Source: an uncultured Candidatus Saccharibacteria bacterium
Lineage (GTDB): Bacteria; Patescibacteriota; Minisyncoccia; Phycocordibacterales; DATDWN01
DNA: 64,000 nucleotides
Assembly (NCBI GenBank): GCA_964616425.1
Contig: CAZTQY010000002.1
Location: 2,910-66,909 of the forward strand
Direction: 5' to 3'
Shown in pieces: positions 47,632 through 58,097 of this stretch (position 1 is the stretch's first letter; each line of letters starts with the position of its first letter). The notes beneath the pieces were generated by a model that was given only the letters and a program-made list of their open reading frames with translations, was not told the origin of the DNA and made no database searches. The position numbers and the translations under genes were made by a program.

Positions 47632-48312
47632 ATGAAAAGATTTTTCTACTACACTCCAATTTTTCTCCAGAAAATCGCTTTTTTTGTTTTTGGATTTTTA
47701 TATAAAGTCTTTTTGAGGATTGAAATCAAGGGGAAAGAAAATCTACTTGGTTTAACTGGTCCAATAATTCTTGCGGCAAACCATACTAGTGAGCTAGATG
47801 TAACAGCAACACCTCTTTTGCTACCATTTTTCTCACCACTTCTACCTGTGTACTTTGTCTCAGCGCCAAAGGAGGCTTTTACAACTTTTGGTTGGAGAAA
47901 CTATATTTACGGTGGAGTTTTCTTTAATGTACTCGGTGGATACGCTATACATTCTGGTCACAAGGACTACTCCGTCTCCCTTACTGACCATTTGCAGTTG
48001 CTAAAGAAAGGTAGAACAGTTTATATTTTTCCGGAAGGCAAAAGGACTTTAGATGGAAATCTAAATCCTGCCAGAGGGGGGTTAGGATACTTGGCATTTG
48101 AATCAAAAGCTACAGTTGTTCCGATTGCAATTAACACTTTTCATGCGCTCAGCTGGAAAGTGTTTTTGTTAAGACAGAGGAAAGTGGTGATTGAAATTAT
48201 GAAACCAATAAAAGCAGAAGAGCTATTTGGAACTGACGAGCCAATAGTGGATGATTACCGTATGGCTTCACAAATCGTGATGGATAAGATTAGAGATAAT
48301 TTAAGCAGTTAA
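47632..48312 (+). CDS. PlsC-family lysophospholipid acyltransferase
   Basis: NHTSELD (HX4D), FPEGKRT, VVPIAI. Confidence 0.88.
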   Translation: MKRFFYYTPIFLQKIAFFVFGFLYKVFLRIEIKGKENLLGLTGPIILAANHTSELDVTATPLLLPFFSPLLPVYFVSAPKEAFTTFGWRNYIYGGVFFNVLGGYAIHSGHKDYSVSLTDHLQLLKKGRTVYIFPEGKRTLDGNLNPARGGLGYLAFESKATVVPIAINTFHALSWKVFLLRQRKVVIEIMKPIKAEELFGTDEPIVDDYRMASQIVMDKIRDNLSS

Positions 48313-48315
48313 TTT

Positions 48316-49470
48316 ATGAAATCATTTAAAAATTTTATTTTAGATTTGTTTTTTATTTTGAAAGGATTTTTTAAAAAAAAGGAAATCCAGGAGTATAAGT
48401 TTGCATTTATTGTTCATTCTAGAAATTATCATGATATTTTTAGAAAATTCCCAGGTTTTAAATGGGTTCCCAAAAAAATAGTTCTATTTATTATGAAACA
48501 TATGTGGCCAATTACATTGTCAAAAGTTACTGGCGTAAAATCTATTGAGACAGGAAAAGATATAGGGGGATATGTCTTGGGTATAACGATGACAGCTGAT
48601 CAAATGCTGAAAAATCGTGAATATGCACTGAAAAAGATCAGGCAATCTCTGTATCTGGCAAAGGGAAGAGGTGTAAAAATCGTAGGTTTAGGAGGTCTAA
48701 CGTCATCTATGTCAAAAGGCGGTCTAGATCTACTTGATATTCCTATAAATATAACAACGGGACATGCATATACTGCATATAATGTAACTCAGAATCTCGA
48801 GAAGATTGCGGAGATTTTCGGTATTCCAAAGAAACAAATCAAGGTGGCTATCGTTGGAGCTGCGGGTTCTGTGGGTTCAATGTCTTCAAACCTATTGGCT
48901 AGATCTGGATATGGATCAATTGTTTTGATTGATTTGAAAAGAAAACATGAGGCTTTTGTTGAGTTGAAAGAGCAAATGATAAAGTTAAACCCAGAAATTA
49001 ATGTTACTTTTTCTGATAGCATAGTGGATATTAAAGGATGCGATTTTGTTGTTACTGCCACAAACACAGCGGAAGCTTTAGTAACGAACGATATAGTAGA
49101 AGATGGAATGGTTATTATAGATGATGCACAGCCTTCAGATATACACTCTGATGTTTTGAAAATGGAAAACGTATTAGTGTTAGAAGCTGGTGTTGTTCAT
49201 ACACCAAACATAAACAGTAACTTTAACTATGGATTGAAAAATCGGACAGATAATTTTTGTTGTATGGCGGAGTTGCTAATACTCGCGAGTATGGAATGGG
49301 ACAAGCACTATGTTATAAACAGAGCAACTCTTGAAAATATTGACCACATATCTAAACTTGGTGAGCAGTTAGAATTTAATCTTGCTTCGTTCCAAAACTT
49401 TCAAGAATCCATATCACATGATAAAATTGAACATGTAAAGAAGATTGCTCAAAAAAAACATGGCATTTAA
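48316..49470 (+). CDS. Acyl-ACP-reductase-like / COG5322 Rossmann oxidoreductase
   Basis: FAFIVH, VGLGGLTS, TTGHAYT, VGAAGSVG, DAQPSD, FCCMAE. Confidence 0.7.
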   Translation: MKSFKNFILDLFFILKGFFKKKEIQEYKFAFIVHSRNYHDIFRKFPGFKWVPKKIVLFIMKHMWPITLSKVTGVKSIETGKDIGGYVLGITMTADQMLKNREYALKKIRQSLYLAKGRGVKIVGLGGLTSSMSKGGLDLLDIPINITTGHAYTAYNVTQNLEKIAEIFGIPKKQIKVAIVGAAGSVGSMSSNLLARSGYGSIVLIDLKRKHEAFVELKEQMIKLNPEINVTFSDSIVDIKGCDFVVTATNTAEALVTNDIVEDGMVIIDDAQPSDIHSDVLKMENVLVLEAGVVHTPNINSNFNYGLKNRTDNFCCMAELLILASMEWDKHYVINRATLENIDHISKLGEQLEFNLASFQNFQESISHDKIEHVKKIAQKKHGI

Positions 49471-51052
49471 TTTTGATTTAATTAATATTTTTATCCTGCT
49501 CGTTATCGTTTCAAATTCTATTTTAGGGTTATTTATTTATTTGAGTAATAGAAAAGAACCCGTAAATATAAATTTCTTTATATTTTCTATTACAGCCACA
49601 ATGTGGGGTGTAACAATGTTCTTATTTAGAAGTTTTCCTGAGTTCAACAGTGATGGATTTTTTGCTCGAATTTTATATGCGAGTGCTGCCACTATCCCAT
49701 TTGTATTTCTGTATTTCATTAGATTTTTTCCTACAAGTAGGTTTGGTATGACCAGAATAAAAATTCAGCTACTTTCCGTGCCTTTTCTAATAGTTTTTTC
49801 ACTTGCTCTATTGCCAAACATGTTGATAGTTTCTAGCTATCAGCCAGTGGTTGGAGAACCTATAATAGTATTCAATAAACTATTTCATACTTTTTATGCA
49901 CTATATATAACTAGCTACTTTTCAATCTGTTACTTTCTTTTATTTTACAAATATTATAAGTCAGAAGGTATTGAAAAAATTCAATTAGCATATGTTATTA
50001 CTGGAACTCTAGTAGCAACAATGATTGGTGTATCTACCAATCTAATTTTCCCGTACTTTGGTGATTTCAAATTTAATTGGATGGGACAAATTGGAGTTAT
50101 TTCAATGATTGGAGCTATAGCATATTCAATAATGAAACATAAGTTGTTTAACATGAAAGTTCTTGCAACCCAGTTTACTGTAGTTATTCTTTGTATTTCA
50201 TTATTCACAAAAGTTCTGTTTTCTGTTGATCAGAAAGATTTTATTATCAATATTATAATCCTAATCATTACTGGAATTATTGGTCTGTTTCTTATTAGGA
50301 GTGTTATTGGTGAAGTGCGTCAGAGAGAACAGATTGAAAAATTGGCAGATGATCTAAGGATCGCAAATCAAGGCCAATCCAGTATTATGCATTTTATGAA
50401 CCATCAGGTTAAAGGTAGGCTGGGGAATATAAAAAATATTTTTGCTGAACTAATGACTGATGACTATGGTCAAATGCCTCCAGACTCTAAACCTCTATTG
50501 AACAAAGGCTTAGATGAAGCAGATATTGGAGTGAATTATGTGCAAAATATTCTGAAGGGGGCTTCTGCTGAAAATGGAACTTTACCATATGATATGAAAT
50601 TGATGGACTTTAAGTCAGTGGTCACTGATGCGTTTGAAAAACAGAGAGATCGTGCTGAAAGTCGTGGATTAAAATTTAATCTTGCAGTTTCAGAAGGGGA
50701 CTATTCAATGACTGGAGATTCGTTGCAGTTAGGAGAATCGATTAGAAATCTGATAGATAATTCCATAAACTATACACAAGAAGGAGAGATAAATCTTCAG
50801 CTATCCGTTTCTGACAATAAGATAAGATTGGCAATAAAAGATACGGGTGTTGGGCTTTCTCCAGAAGATAAAGCCAAATTATTTAAATCTGGTGGACGTG
50901 GTGATGAATCAATAAAGATTAATATAAACTCAACAGGGTACGGGCTAGTTTTTGTAAAAGGAGTAGTGGAGTCACACAAAGGTAAAGTTTGGGCAGAGTC
51001 AGACGGCCGTGGAAAAGGATCTGTGTTTATAGTAGAAATACCAAAAAGTTAG
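49460..51052 (+). CDS. Sensor histidine kinase with N-terminal 7TM domain
   Basis: Multi-TM N-half; H-box NHQVK, NLIDNSINY, DTGVG, GYGL. Confidence 0.88.
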   Translation: MAFNFDLINIFILLVIVSNSILGLFIYLSNRKEPVNINFFIFSITATMWGVTMFLFRSFPEFNSDGFFARILYASAATIPFVFLYFIRFFPTSRFGMTRIKIQLLSVPFLIVFSLALLPNMLIVSSYQPVVGEPIIVFNKLFHTFYALYITSYFSICYFLLFYKYYKSEGIEKIQLAYVITGTLVATMIGVSTNLIFPYFGDFKFNWMGQIGVISMIGAIAYSIMKHKLFNMKVLATQFTVVILCISLFTKVLFSVDQKDFIINIIILIITGIIGLFLIRSVIGEVRQREQIEKLADDLRIANQGQSSIMHFMNHQVKGRLGNIKNIFAELMTDDYGQMPPDSKPLLNKGLDEADIGVNYVQNILKGASAENGTLPYDMKLMDFKSVVTDAFEKQRDRAESRGLKFNLAVSEGDYSMTGDSLQLGESIRNLIDNSINYTQEGEINLQLSVSDNKIRLAIKDTGVGLSPEDKAKLFKSGGRGDESIKININSTGYGLVFVKGVVESHKGKVWAESDGRGKGSVFIVEIPKS

Positions 51053-51603
51053 ATATTGTAAATAAATAGTTTTTTAACTAATTTATCGCTATCCTTTCCT
51101 ACAACTATAATTTCGTCTGCTTTTCGATCGGCGCATTCAAAATCACAAGAAATAATTCTTTTTGGAGTATTCGAGTTTTTGATTATCTGGGGTATTAAAT
51201 TTGAGACAGCATTCGGAAAGAGATATAAAAAAATGTGAGTTGCGTCCTGAGTATCTGTTTTAAAGATATTTTCTCTTTGTATGTGAATATTTTTGTATTT
51301 TCTGGTATTAAATTTTGCTATTAGAAATGGTAAAAAAGCCACTTCTATTCCAACGGCTTTTATATTAGGAAATTGCTTTACTGCTTGTATTAAAATTCTT
51401 CCATCTCCACAGCCTAGATCATATAGAACGCTATTTTCTGATAGCTTCAAACCATCAGTAATTAAATTTAATTTTTCATTTGCGATGCTCACAAATGGTG
51501 CGTCTGTCGTAAATATCGCTAAGATTTGAATTGACAGTAGAAAAATAATAATGGATAGGACTGCGAGTGAAGATAGCAGTATTAGGATGTAAGCAAAAAT
51601 CAT
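51049..51603 (-). CDS. Membrane-anchored class I SAM methyltransferase
   Basis: APFV, YDLGCGDGR, FLYL; start reset to MIFAY. Confidence 0.8.
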   Translation of the reverse strand: MIFAYILILLSSLAVLSIIIFLLSIQILAIFTTDAPFVSIANEKLNLITDGLKLSENSVLYDLGCGDGRILIQAVKQFPNIKAVGIEVAFLPFLIAKFNTRKYKNIHIQRENIFKTDTQDATHIFLYLFPNAVSNLIPQIIKNSNTPKRIISCDFECADRKADEIIVVGKDSDKLVKKLFIYNI

Positions 51604-51656
51604 TAGTAAAATATATATGATGTAGTGAGTATTTACAATTATGATAGTATACAAAT

Positions 51657-52355
51657 ATGTCACAAGAATCAGTTTGGGATAGGGAATACAGGAATTCAAA
51701 ATTTCTCACAAAGGAAAACAAACCTCAGTCGGACGTGGTTCGTTTTGTGCAGTTTCTTAGAAAAGATCAGAAATTAGTAACAGAAGCACTAAAAGTTTTA
51801 GATCTTGGTTCTGGAGCAGGTAGAAATAGCTTTTATTTTGCTGATATGGGGAATATGGTCACAGGTTTAGAAATTTCTAAAACAGCAGTTGGTATTGCAG
51901 ATCAATATGCAAAAGATGCGGGACTGAACATAAGCTATGTTAAGCAAAGTATAGGGGATGAGTTTCCGTGCGAGGACAACTCTATCGATATTGCTCTCGA
52001 CATAACATCATCTAACTCTCTTACCGAGAAAGAACGTGAGGTTTTTCTTTCTGAAACAAATCGAGTCTTAAAAAATGGCGGGTATTTTTTTACAAAAGCT
52101 CTGTGCAAAGAAGGAGATGAAAACGCGAAATATTTGATAAAAAATAACCCTGGCAAAGAAAAAGATACATACATAATGCCTGAAGTAGGTGTAACTGAGA
52201 GAGTTTGGACAAAAGAAGATTTTGTTTCAACGTATGAAAAGTATTTTGAAATTATTTTTATAGATAAGAAAACTAGTTATTCAAAAATAAAAGGACGTTC
52301 CTATAAACGTAACTTTTGGATCGTGTATATGAAAAAGCGAGCGGCCGGGAACTAG
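51657..52355 (+). CDS. Class I SAM methyltransferase
   Basis: VLDLGSGAGRN, RVLKNGG. Confidence 0.85.
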   Translation: MSQESVWDREYRNSKFLTKENKPQSDVVRFVQFLRKDQKLVTEALKVLDLGSGAGRNSFYFADMGNMVTGLEISKTAVGIADQYAKDAGLNISYVKQSIGDEFPCEDNSIDIALDITSSNSLTEKEREVFLSETNRVLKNGGYFFTKALCKEGDENAKYLIKNNPGKEKDTYIMPEVGVTERVWTKEDFVSTYEKYFEIIFIDKKTSYSKIKGRSYKRNFWIVYMKKRAAGN

Positions 52356-52371
52356 TCCCAACCGCCCACTA

Positions 52372-53097
52372 CTATCGCTTTGAAATCCATCTCAGAATCT
52401 GGGTTGCTACCCAGGGGGCTTGCCATGACGCGAGCGTCAGATGGCCAACGTTCTTGAGTTCGATGATTTCAGCTTGCTGACCTGCTGAAAGCATTTTTCT
52501 CCCAAGCTTCCACTGAGCTTTGCAGTTGATCCACCTGTCCTGGTCACCAAACACGTGAAGAGTCGGATAGTTGTATCCGTGGAAGACTGGAGGAACAAAA
52601 GCAAGTGTTCTGGCTTCATTGCCCGAGATCATGGTTCTGTGTCTCACGGCTCTTTCGATGTTGCTGTGAATTCCAGGTTCCACGAGTACTCGATATTCGT
52701 GCTCGGTTGTTCGAATCATCCTGCCGAGCATGAGGTCAGAAACTCGACCCCTCATAACTTTCCAAAGGGTTTCAGTCATGTACTGGATGCCCCATGGCAT
52801 AGCCGGTGAGAGCATCACGACTCCAGCAAGTGGTCGTCTCAGTTGATGCAGTCTTTCGGCTACAATACGCACAGCGCTGCCGCCAGCAGACTGACCAACC
52901 AAGAAGACGGCTTCCGAACCAGTGACATGACTGTAGTACGCGTCAAGTACCAATCTAACACGATCTTCGTGTGTTACGACACTAGAAGTGTCGATAACCA
53001 CAACCTCGTGGTCGGCACTCAACAGTTTCCTTTTCAAGAAATCGAACGTAACTTCCGGATGGCCTCCAAGACCATCCACACAAATTACAGTGGCCAT
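52372..53097 (-). CDS. Alpha/beta hydrolase (GC-rich cassette)
   Basis: GQSAGG nucleophile, GDQD, VGH; SD AAGGAGG. Confidence 0.8.
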   Translation of the reverse strand: MATVICVDGLGGHPEVTFDFLKRKLLSADHEVVVIDTSSVVTHEDRVRLVLDAYYSHVTGSEAVFLVGQSAGGSAVRIVAERLHQLRRPLAGVVMLSPAMPWGIQYMTETLWKVMRGRVSDLMLGRMIRTTEHEYRVLVEPGIHSNIERAVRHRTMISGNEARTLAFVPPVFHGYNYPTLHVFGDQDRWINCKAQWKLGRKMLSAGQQAEIIELKNVGHLTLASWQAPWVATQILRWISKR

Positions 53098-53330
53098 GAA
53101 GGCCCTCCTTCTATTTTTACTATTACATTAATTATAGTGTGAGTCAATACTTGACTAAATACTGATATCTGTTAAAGTCATGACTAATGACAAATATTGG
53201 TAACCAACTGAATATTGGAGGAAAAGGCCGAACAGGTTTTGTTTCTTCTGTTGTATCTAAAAAAACACCAGCAGCATATGCGGGTGGGTTACGCTGTATT
53301 TCTAGAACTTAATCAAAAGCGATTGAGTCC

Positions 53331-53359
53331 TAAAAATGCCGCGTTACGCGGCATTTTTA
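53331..53359. terminator. Perfect hairpin upstream of the ABC exporter
   Basis: taaaaatgccgcg-tta-cgcggcattttta. Confidence 0.65.
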
Positions 53360-53404
53360 GTTCTTTGGGTTCTTTAATAACATAAGTTTGCACAAGGAGG
53401 ACGC

Positions 53405-55186
53405 ATGACCGAGTTGGACCGTAAAAGCCCATTTCTGTACCTGTTTGGTAAGATGTGGGAGTACTCTGCAGGAGACCGAATCAAGGTTGTTCTGTACGTT
53501 AGCCTGGCAATTGTAAGTGAGATTGTGAACACATTCTGGGCTCCACTTGTCATGGCACGGATCATGAATATTGTAAGCACAGAAGGTATCACTGAGACAA
53601 GCACTCATCAGTTGATACTTCTCACATTACTCTTCCCGGTCGGTACTATGATTGTTTGGCTTTTTCATGGACCATCACGGTACATTGAAAACATCAATGC
53701 ATTCATGGCCAAAGTACGCTACCGGGAACATCAACTCAAAGGTGTCATGGGTATGCCACTTGAGTGGCATACTGAGCGACACACTGGTAATGTTCTCGAT
53801 CGGATCGAGAAGGGCGCGATGTCTATTTTTGATTTTTCATCAGAGACATCGCAATTCCTAAAGCCGATCATCAAGCTCATTGGTTGTTTTGGTGGTGTGG
53901 TTTACTTTAGCAACATTTCAGCAGTCGTTGTGATTGCGATCATGGTGATTGGAGTAGCTATTACGATCAAGATCGACACAGTGTGTGCTCCGCTCATCAA
54001 AGAGCTTAGTAGACAGGAGAATGTATTGTCCGAAGGTGTCCATGACGCAATCAACAACATCTCGACTGTCATTACGCTCCGCGTAGAGAAGCCAGTATTC
54101 ACTTCACTCATGCATAAAATCATGAGCCCACTTTCAGTGTTCAAAAAAAACGCGGCACTGAATGAGATCAAATGGTTCCTGACGAGTATGTGTTGTGCAG
54201 TCATGACTGTTCTTGTCTACTGTGTGTACTTCTTTCAACACGAAAGTGTTGCAACGAAGGTGTCAGTTGGGAGCTTTTTCCTGGTTGTCAGTTATCTCGA
54301 CAAGATCAGTGAACTGTTTTATCAGTTTACCGACCTCTACGGGTGGACGATCCGGCGAAAGTTTCGGCTGCAAAATGGCGACGAGCTCGCTGCTGAGTTT
54401 ACAGAGCGGAGTTTTGTTGACCACGTATTGCCCGAACACTGGAAAGTGTTGCAAGTAAGAGACCTGAGTTTCTCCTACGGGATGGTAAACGATCGACAAC
54501 TGCAACAACTCGACGATGTATCATGTGATATTTTCCGCAAAGAAAATATTGCCATCGTTGGGCGCAGTGGGGGTGGCAAAACTACCTTCCTCAGTATTCT
54601 GCGGAATATTTTCTTTCCACAGAAAGGTACAGTCCTGGTAGACGGGGAAGAGATTCTCACAGGGTTTGGTGGTATCAGTGAAGCAATTGGACTTGTTCAG
54701 CAGGATCCTCAGATCTTTGAGCGTACTATTCGCGAGAATATTACGCTCGGGGCTGAGTATTCAGATGAGCTTATCCAACACTACGCCAAGATCGCACTCT
54801 TTGCTCATGTTGTTGAAGCGTTCCCTAAAAAGTACGATTCAATGATCAAGGAGCAGGGTGTAAATCTGTCAGGAGGCGAAATCCAGCGTCTTGCACTCAC
54901 GAGGGCACTCCTCGCAAGTCACGACAAAGACATCGTCCTCCTCGACGAGCCGACAAGCAGTTTGGATCCTGCTACTGCACCGGGTGTGCTCAGAAACATC
55001 ATCCAGCAGTTTCAGGATAAGACTATCATTGCATCGATCCATTCGATGCAACTGCTTCCACTCTTTGATCGAGTCTTTGTTTTCGACAAAGGCAAGATCG
55101 TTGGGATGGGGACACCGTCGGAGTTGCTCGCAAACTGTCCAAAGTTCATTGAACTGTGGGAGGAACAGTTTATACCTACGAGGTAG
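53405..55186 (+). CDS. Fused ABC exporter (TMD+NBD)
   Basis: GRSGGGKT, LSGGE, LLDEPTS; SD AAGGAGG; GAAA-loop terminator 55195-55222. Confidence 0.9.
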   Translation: MTELDRKSPFLYLFGKMWEYSAGDRIKVVLYVSLAIVSEIVNTFWAPLVMARIMNIVSTEGITETSTHQLILLTLLFPVGTMIVWLFHGPSRYIENINAFMAKVRYREHQLKGVMGMPLEWHTERHTGNVLDRIEKGAMSIFDFSSETSQFLKPIIKLIGCFGGVVYFSNISAVVVIAIMVIGVAITIKIDTVCAPLIKELSRQENVLSEGVHDAINNISTVITLRVEKPVFTSLMHKIMSPLSVFKKNAALNEIKWFLTSMCCAVMTVLVYCVYFFQHESVATKVSVGSFFLVVSYLDKISELFYQFTDLYGWTIRRKFRLQNGDELAAEFTERSFVDHVLPEHWKVLQVRDLSFSYGMVNDRQLQQLDDVSCDIFRKENIAIVGRSGGGKTTFLSILRNIFFPQKGTVLVDGEEILTGFGGISEAIGLVQQDPQIFERTIRENITLGAEYSDELIQHYAKIALFAHVVEAFPKKYDSMIKEQGVNLSGGEIQRLALTRALLASHDKDIVLLDEPTSSLDPATAPGVLRNIIQQFQDKTIIASIHSMQLLPLFDRVFVFDKGKIVGMGTPSELLANCPKFIELWEEQFIPTR

Positions 55187-55254
55187 TTTTTAAAGACCCC
55201 GCATCGAAAGATGCGGGGTTTCTCTTTATACAAAAGATTTGCTAAAATACTTTT

Positions 55255-56235
55255 ATGACTAAAAAAACATTACTTTCTGGAGTAAAACCTACAGGACGGC
55301 CACATATTGGAAACTATTTTGGCGCTATGAAGCAGTTTGTTGATATGCAGGATGAATACAATGCTATTTATATGATAGCCGACTATCACGCACTTAACTT
55401 TATCCAAAATAAAGAAGAATTAAACAAAGCAATAATTGACCTAACTATTGATTATCTAGCTCTGGGATTAGACCCAAAGAAATCTATTATTTTCAAGCAG
55501 TCAGATGTAATGGAACATACAGAACTTACATGGATTTTCGATACTATAACAACAATGCCTTATTTAGAGCGTGCACATGCATACAAAGATGCAGAGGCAA
55601 AAGACAAGGAAATAACAGTTGGTACTTTTAATTACCCAATGCTAATGGCTTCAGATATTCTTTTGTACGATACTGATGCTGTACCAGTTGGTCAGGATCA
55701 GAAACAACATGTTGAATACGCTCGAGATACTGCACAAAAATTTAATTTTACATTTGGAAAAGAAGTTTTTAAACTTCCTGAGTCAAAGATTTTATCAGAA
55801 GTTGCAGTTGTGCCTGGACTAGATGGTCAGAAAATGAGTAAAAGTTATGGAAACACAATTCCGCTTTTTGCTACATTGGATGAAATCACAAAAGCAGTGA
55901 TGTCTATTCCTACTGACTCAAAACCAATGAATGAATCTCGTAATGCAGATGAGGATAATGTTTATAAACTACACAAACTATTTTCAAAACCAGAAGACTT
56001 GTATGTTTTACATGAGAGATATGCAAAAGGTGAAATAGGACACAAAGAATCTAAAGAAATATTGATAAAAAATATAGATGCATTTATTTCACCACTACGT
56101 GAAAAGAGAGAGCAAATTGCTCATGATATCGACTATGTTCTAGATGTTCTGAAAGACGGTGGTAAACGTGCAAAAGCAAAAGCTGAAAAGAAAATGGAAG
56201 CAGTGCGCGAGGCTATTGGAGTGAAATTATATTAG
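55255..56235 (+). CDS. trpS: Tryptophan--tRNA ligase
   Basis: HIGN, VPVGQDQ, KMSKS. Confidence 0.97.
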   Translation: MTKKTLLSGVKPTGRPHIGNYFGAMKQFVDMQDEYNAIYMIADYHALNFIQNKEELNKAIIDLTIDYLALGLDPKKSIIFKQSDVMEHTELTWIFDTITTMPYLERAHAYKDAEAKDKEITVGTFNYPMLMASDILLYDTDAVPVGQDQKQHVEYARDTAQKFNFTFGKEVFKLPESKILSEVAVVPGLDGQKMSKSYGNTIPLFATLDEITKAVMSIPTDSKPMNESRNADEDNVYKLHKLFSKPEDLYVLHERYAKGEIGHKESKEILIKNIDAFISPLREKREQIAHDIDYVLDVLKDGGKRAKAKAEKKMEAVREAIGVKLY

Positions 56236-56242
56236 AAATATA

Positions 56243-56755
56243 ATGTTAAATATAAATTTTTATCCAGACTCAGATTTAGGTGACTATACACAAGCAGTAA
56301 AAGAGTATGAAGAAATTTGGAAAATAGATGGTAAAAAAATTTGTGATCAATGGGAAAAAATTACTAATTTATCTTTCAAAGAAAGTAATATTAATGCTAT
56401 AGTAGCAAATCTAAGATCAGGTTCTCATCCTCTAACCTTAAGAAGTGATCTTACTTTAGATCAAAAGAAGATTATTCTAATACATGAGCTTGGTCATAGA
56501 ATTTTATATAAAAGAGTGAACTGGATGAAATCCGTTGATTCGTTTGGACATCATAAATTTTTGTATTTGGTTCTTTGTGATGTCTTCGAGGATTTATTCG
56601 GTAAAGAATTCTTACTTAAAGCTATCGAATATGATAATACTCTACCTGATCTATATGGTAACTCGTGGAAGTGGGTATCGGTATATTCAAAGGAAGAAAG
56701 GTTAAATTTATTTAACAAAATACTAAATGGAGATCTTTCAGTAATTACTAAATAA
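56243..56755 (+). CDS. Small HExxH zinc-metallopeptidase-like protein
   Basis: LIHELGHR. Confidence 0.55.
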   Translation: MLNINFYPDSDLGDYTQAVKEYEEIWKIDGKKICDQWEKITNLSFKESNINAIVANLRSGSHPLTLRSDLTLDQKKIILIHELGHRILYKRVNWMKSVDSFGHHKFLYLVLCDVFEDLFGKEFLLKAIEYDNTLPDLYGNSWKWVSVYSKEERLNLFNKILNGDLSVITK

Positions 56756-57549
56756 TGTATAAATCTATATTATTACCAAGAGAAAAATACAATGAATCTG
56801 CAAATAAATGGGGTAAATCACCCATAATGATGGAGATTAAAAATGATAAGCAAGTGCTTTTTTATTTTGGTGCAAATCATTCTAGGAATCCAGAAGATAG
56901 TCAGTACCCAGCTTTAAGAGAGTATTGGGATAAGTTTATTGAAAAAACAAAGGATAAAAATAAAGTAGTTTTAATTGAGGGGGGGTTGAGAAAATTGTCA
57001 GCAGATGATACAGAGACTAAGGCTATTGAACATGGGGCAGAGGCTGGATTGATTACAATACTTGCAAATATTCAAGGCGTAGCTATAGAGTCTCCAGATA
57101 TCAATGAATCTGATATGTTTGATTTATTAAAAGATTCAGTTCAACGCGACGAATTTCTTTTGTTATGGTTTCTTATATGGTTTGATAATTTTCAAAGATT
57201 CCCTGAACCTAAACCAGATTTTGATAAATTCTTTGAAAGTTGGAAAGAAAGACAATCCAAGAGAGCTTTGTGGGAGGGGTTAGATCTTTCTTTTCAGTCG
57301 TTAAGAGATTTATACAAAAGAATTATTGGAAGAGAATTTAACGAAAAAGAGGACCAGAATATTTTAATTGATCCTAACAAATTCGGAGCAAGAACAAATG
57401 AGATTGTTCGTATGCAAAGTGATTTGAGGGAAGAACGAGTTGTGTCAGAGATAGTTCGTCACTGGAATCTGGGTGAAAGTATTTTTGTTGTATTTGGAAA
57501 TGGACACTTAATAATTCAAGAACCAGCTTTAAAAATTTTATTAAAATAA
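56755..57549 (+). CDS. Hypothetical protein, possibly TraB/GumN/EreA-like fold
   Basis: FGANH, VLIEGG, RE...VVFGNGH. Confidence 0.45.
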   Translation: MYKSILLPREKYNESANKWGKSPIMMEIKNDKQVLFYFGANHSRNPEDSQYPALREYWDKFIEKTKDKNKVVLIEGGLRKLSADDTETKAIEHGAEAGLITILANIQGVAIESPDINESDMFDLLKDSVQRDEFLLLWFLIWFDNFQRFPEPKPDFDKFFESWKERQSKRALWEGLDLSFQSLRDLYKRIIGREFNEKEDQNILIDPNKFGARTNEIVRMQSDLREERVVSEIVRHWNLGESIFVVFGNGHLIIQEPALKILLK

Positions 57550-57550
57550 A

Positions 57551-58066
57551 ATGAGTGAAGGAATAGAAAGAATTCAATCAGGAAAGGAAATTTTAAAAAG
57601 CTTAGAGTCTGAAGGTGTTTATGTTTTTCATGGGTCTTTAAATCCAGATATTGAAATACTTGAACCAAGGCAAAGTACCCATGTGGACTTAAGAAAACCA
57701 ACAGAAATGATAAGGGATGGTGAACCTACTGTTTCAGCGACTCCCTATTCTGAAATTGCCATTTTCAGGTCTATTATGAGAGGTTCAAATCTCGGTGTTA
57801 AAGATTTGGTTACAAAATTTGGTATAGTAGATGGTAACGTTGGATTTTATGTTTCTACGCAAGAAGCAATAGAGAAAGTGAGAGAGAAAAAAGGTTATGT
57901 TTATGTATTTAATAAATCAGACTTTGAACCGTATGATAGAAATGGAAATATCAGTGAGAAAAGTATGGAATGGAGATCATATAAGCCAGTAAAACCAATT
58001 AGAGTAGTTGAGGTTAATTATGAGGATTTACCGGAAGTGGAAAAAATAACAGTAGGTGATAAGTAG
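57551..58066 (+). CDS. Hypothetical protein, possible ADP-ribosyltransferase-like fold
   Basis: VFHGS..LEPR, VSAT, GYVY, EW. Confidence 0.4.
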   Translation: MSEGIERIQSGKEILKSLESEGVYVFHGSLNPDIEILEPRQSTHVDLRKPTEMIRDGEPTVSATPYSEIAIFRSIMRGSNLGVKDLVTKFGIVDGNVGFYVSTQEAIEKVREKKGYVYVFNKSDFEPYDRNGNISEKSMEWRSYKPVKPIRVVEVNYEDLPEVEKITVGDK

Positions 58067-58097
58067 GTTCAAGAAATAAACGACGAGGCCCGCGGGG

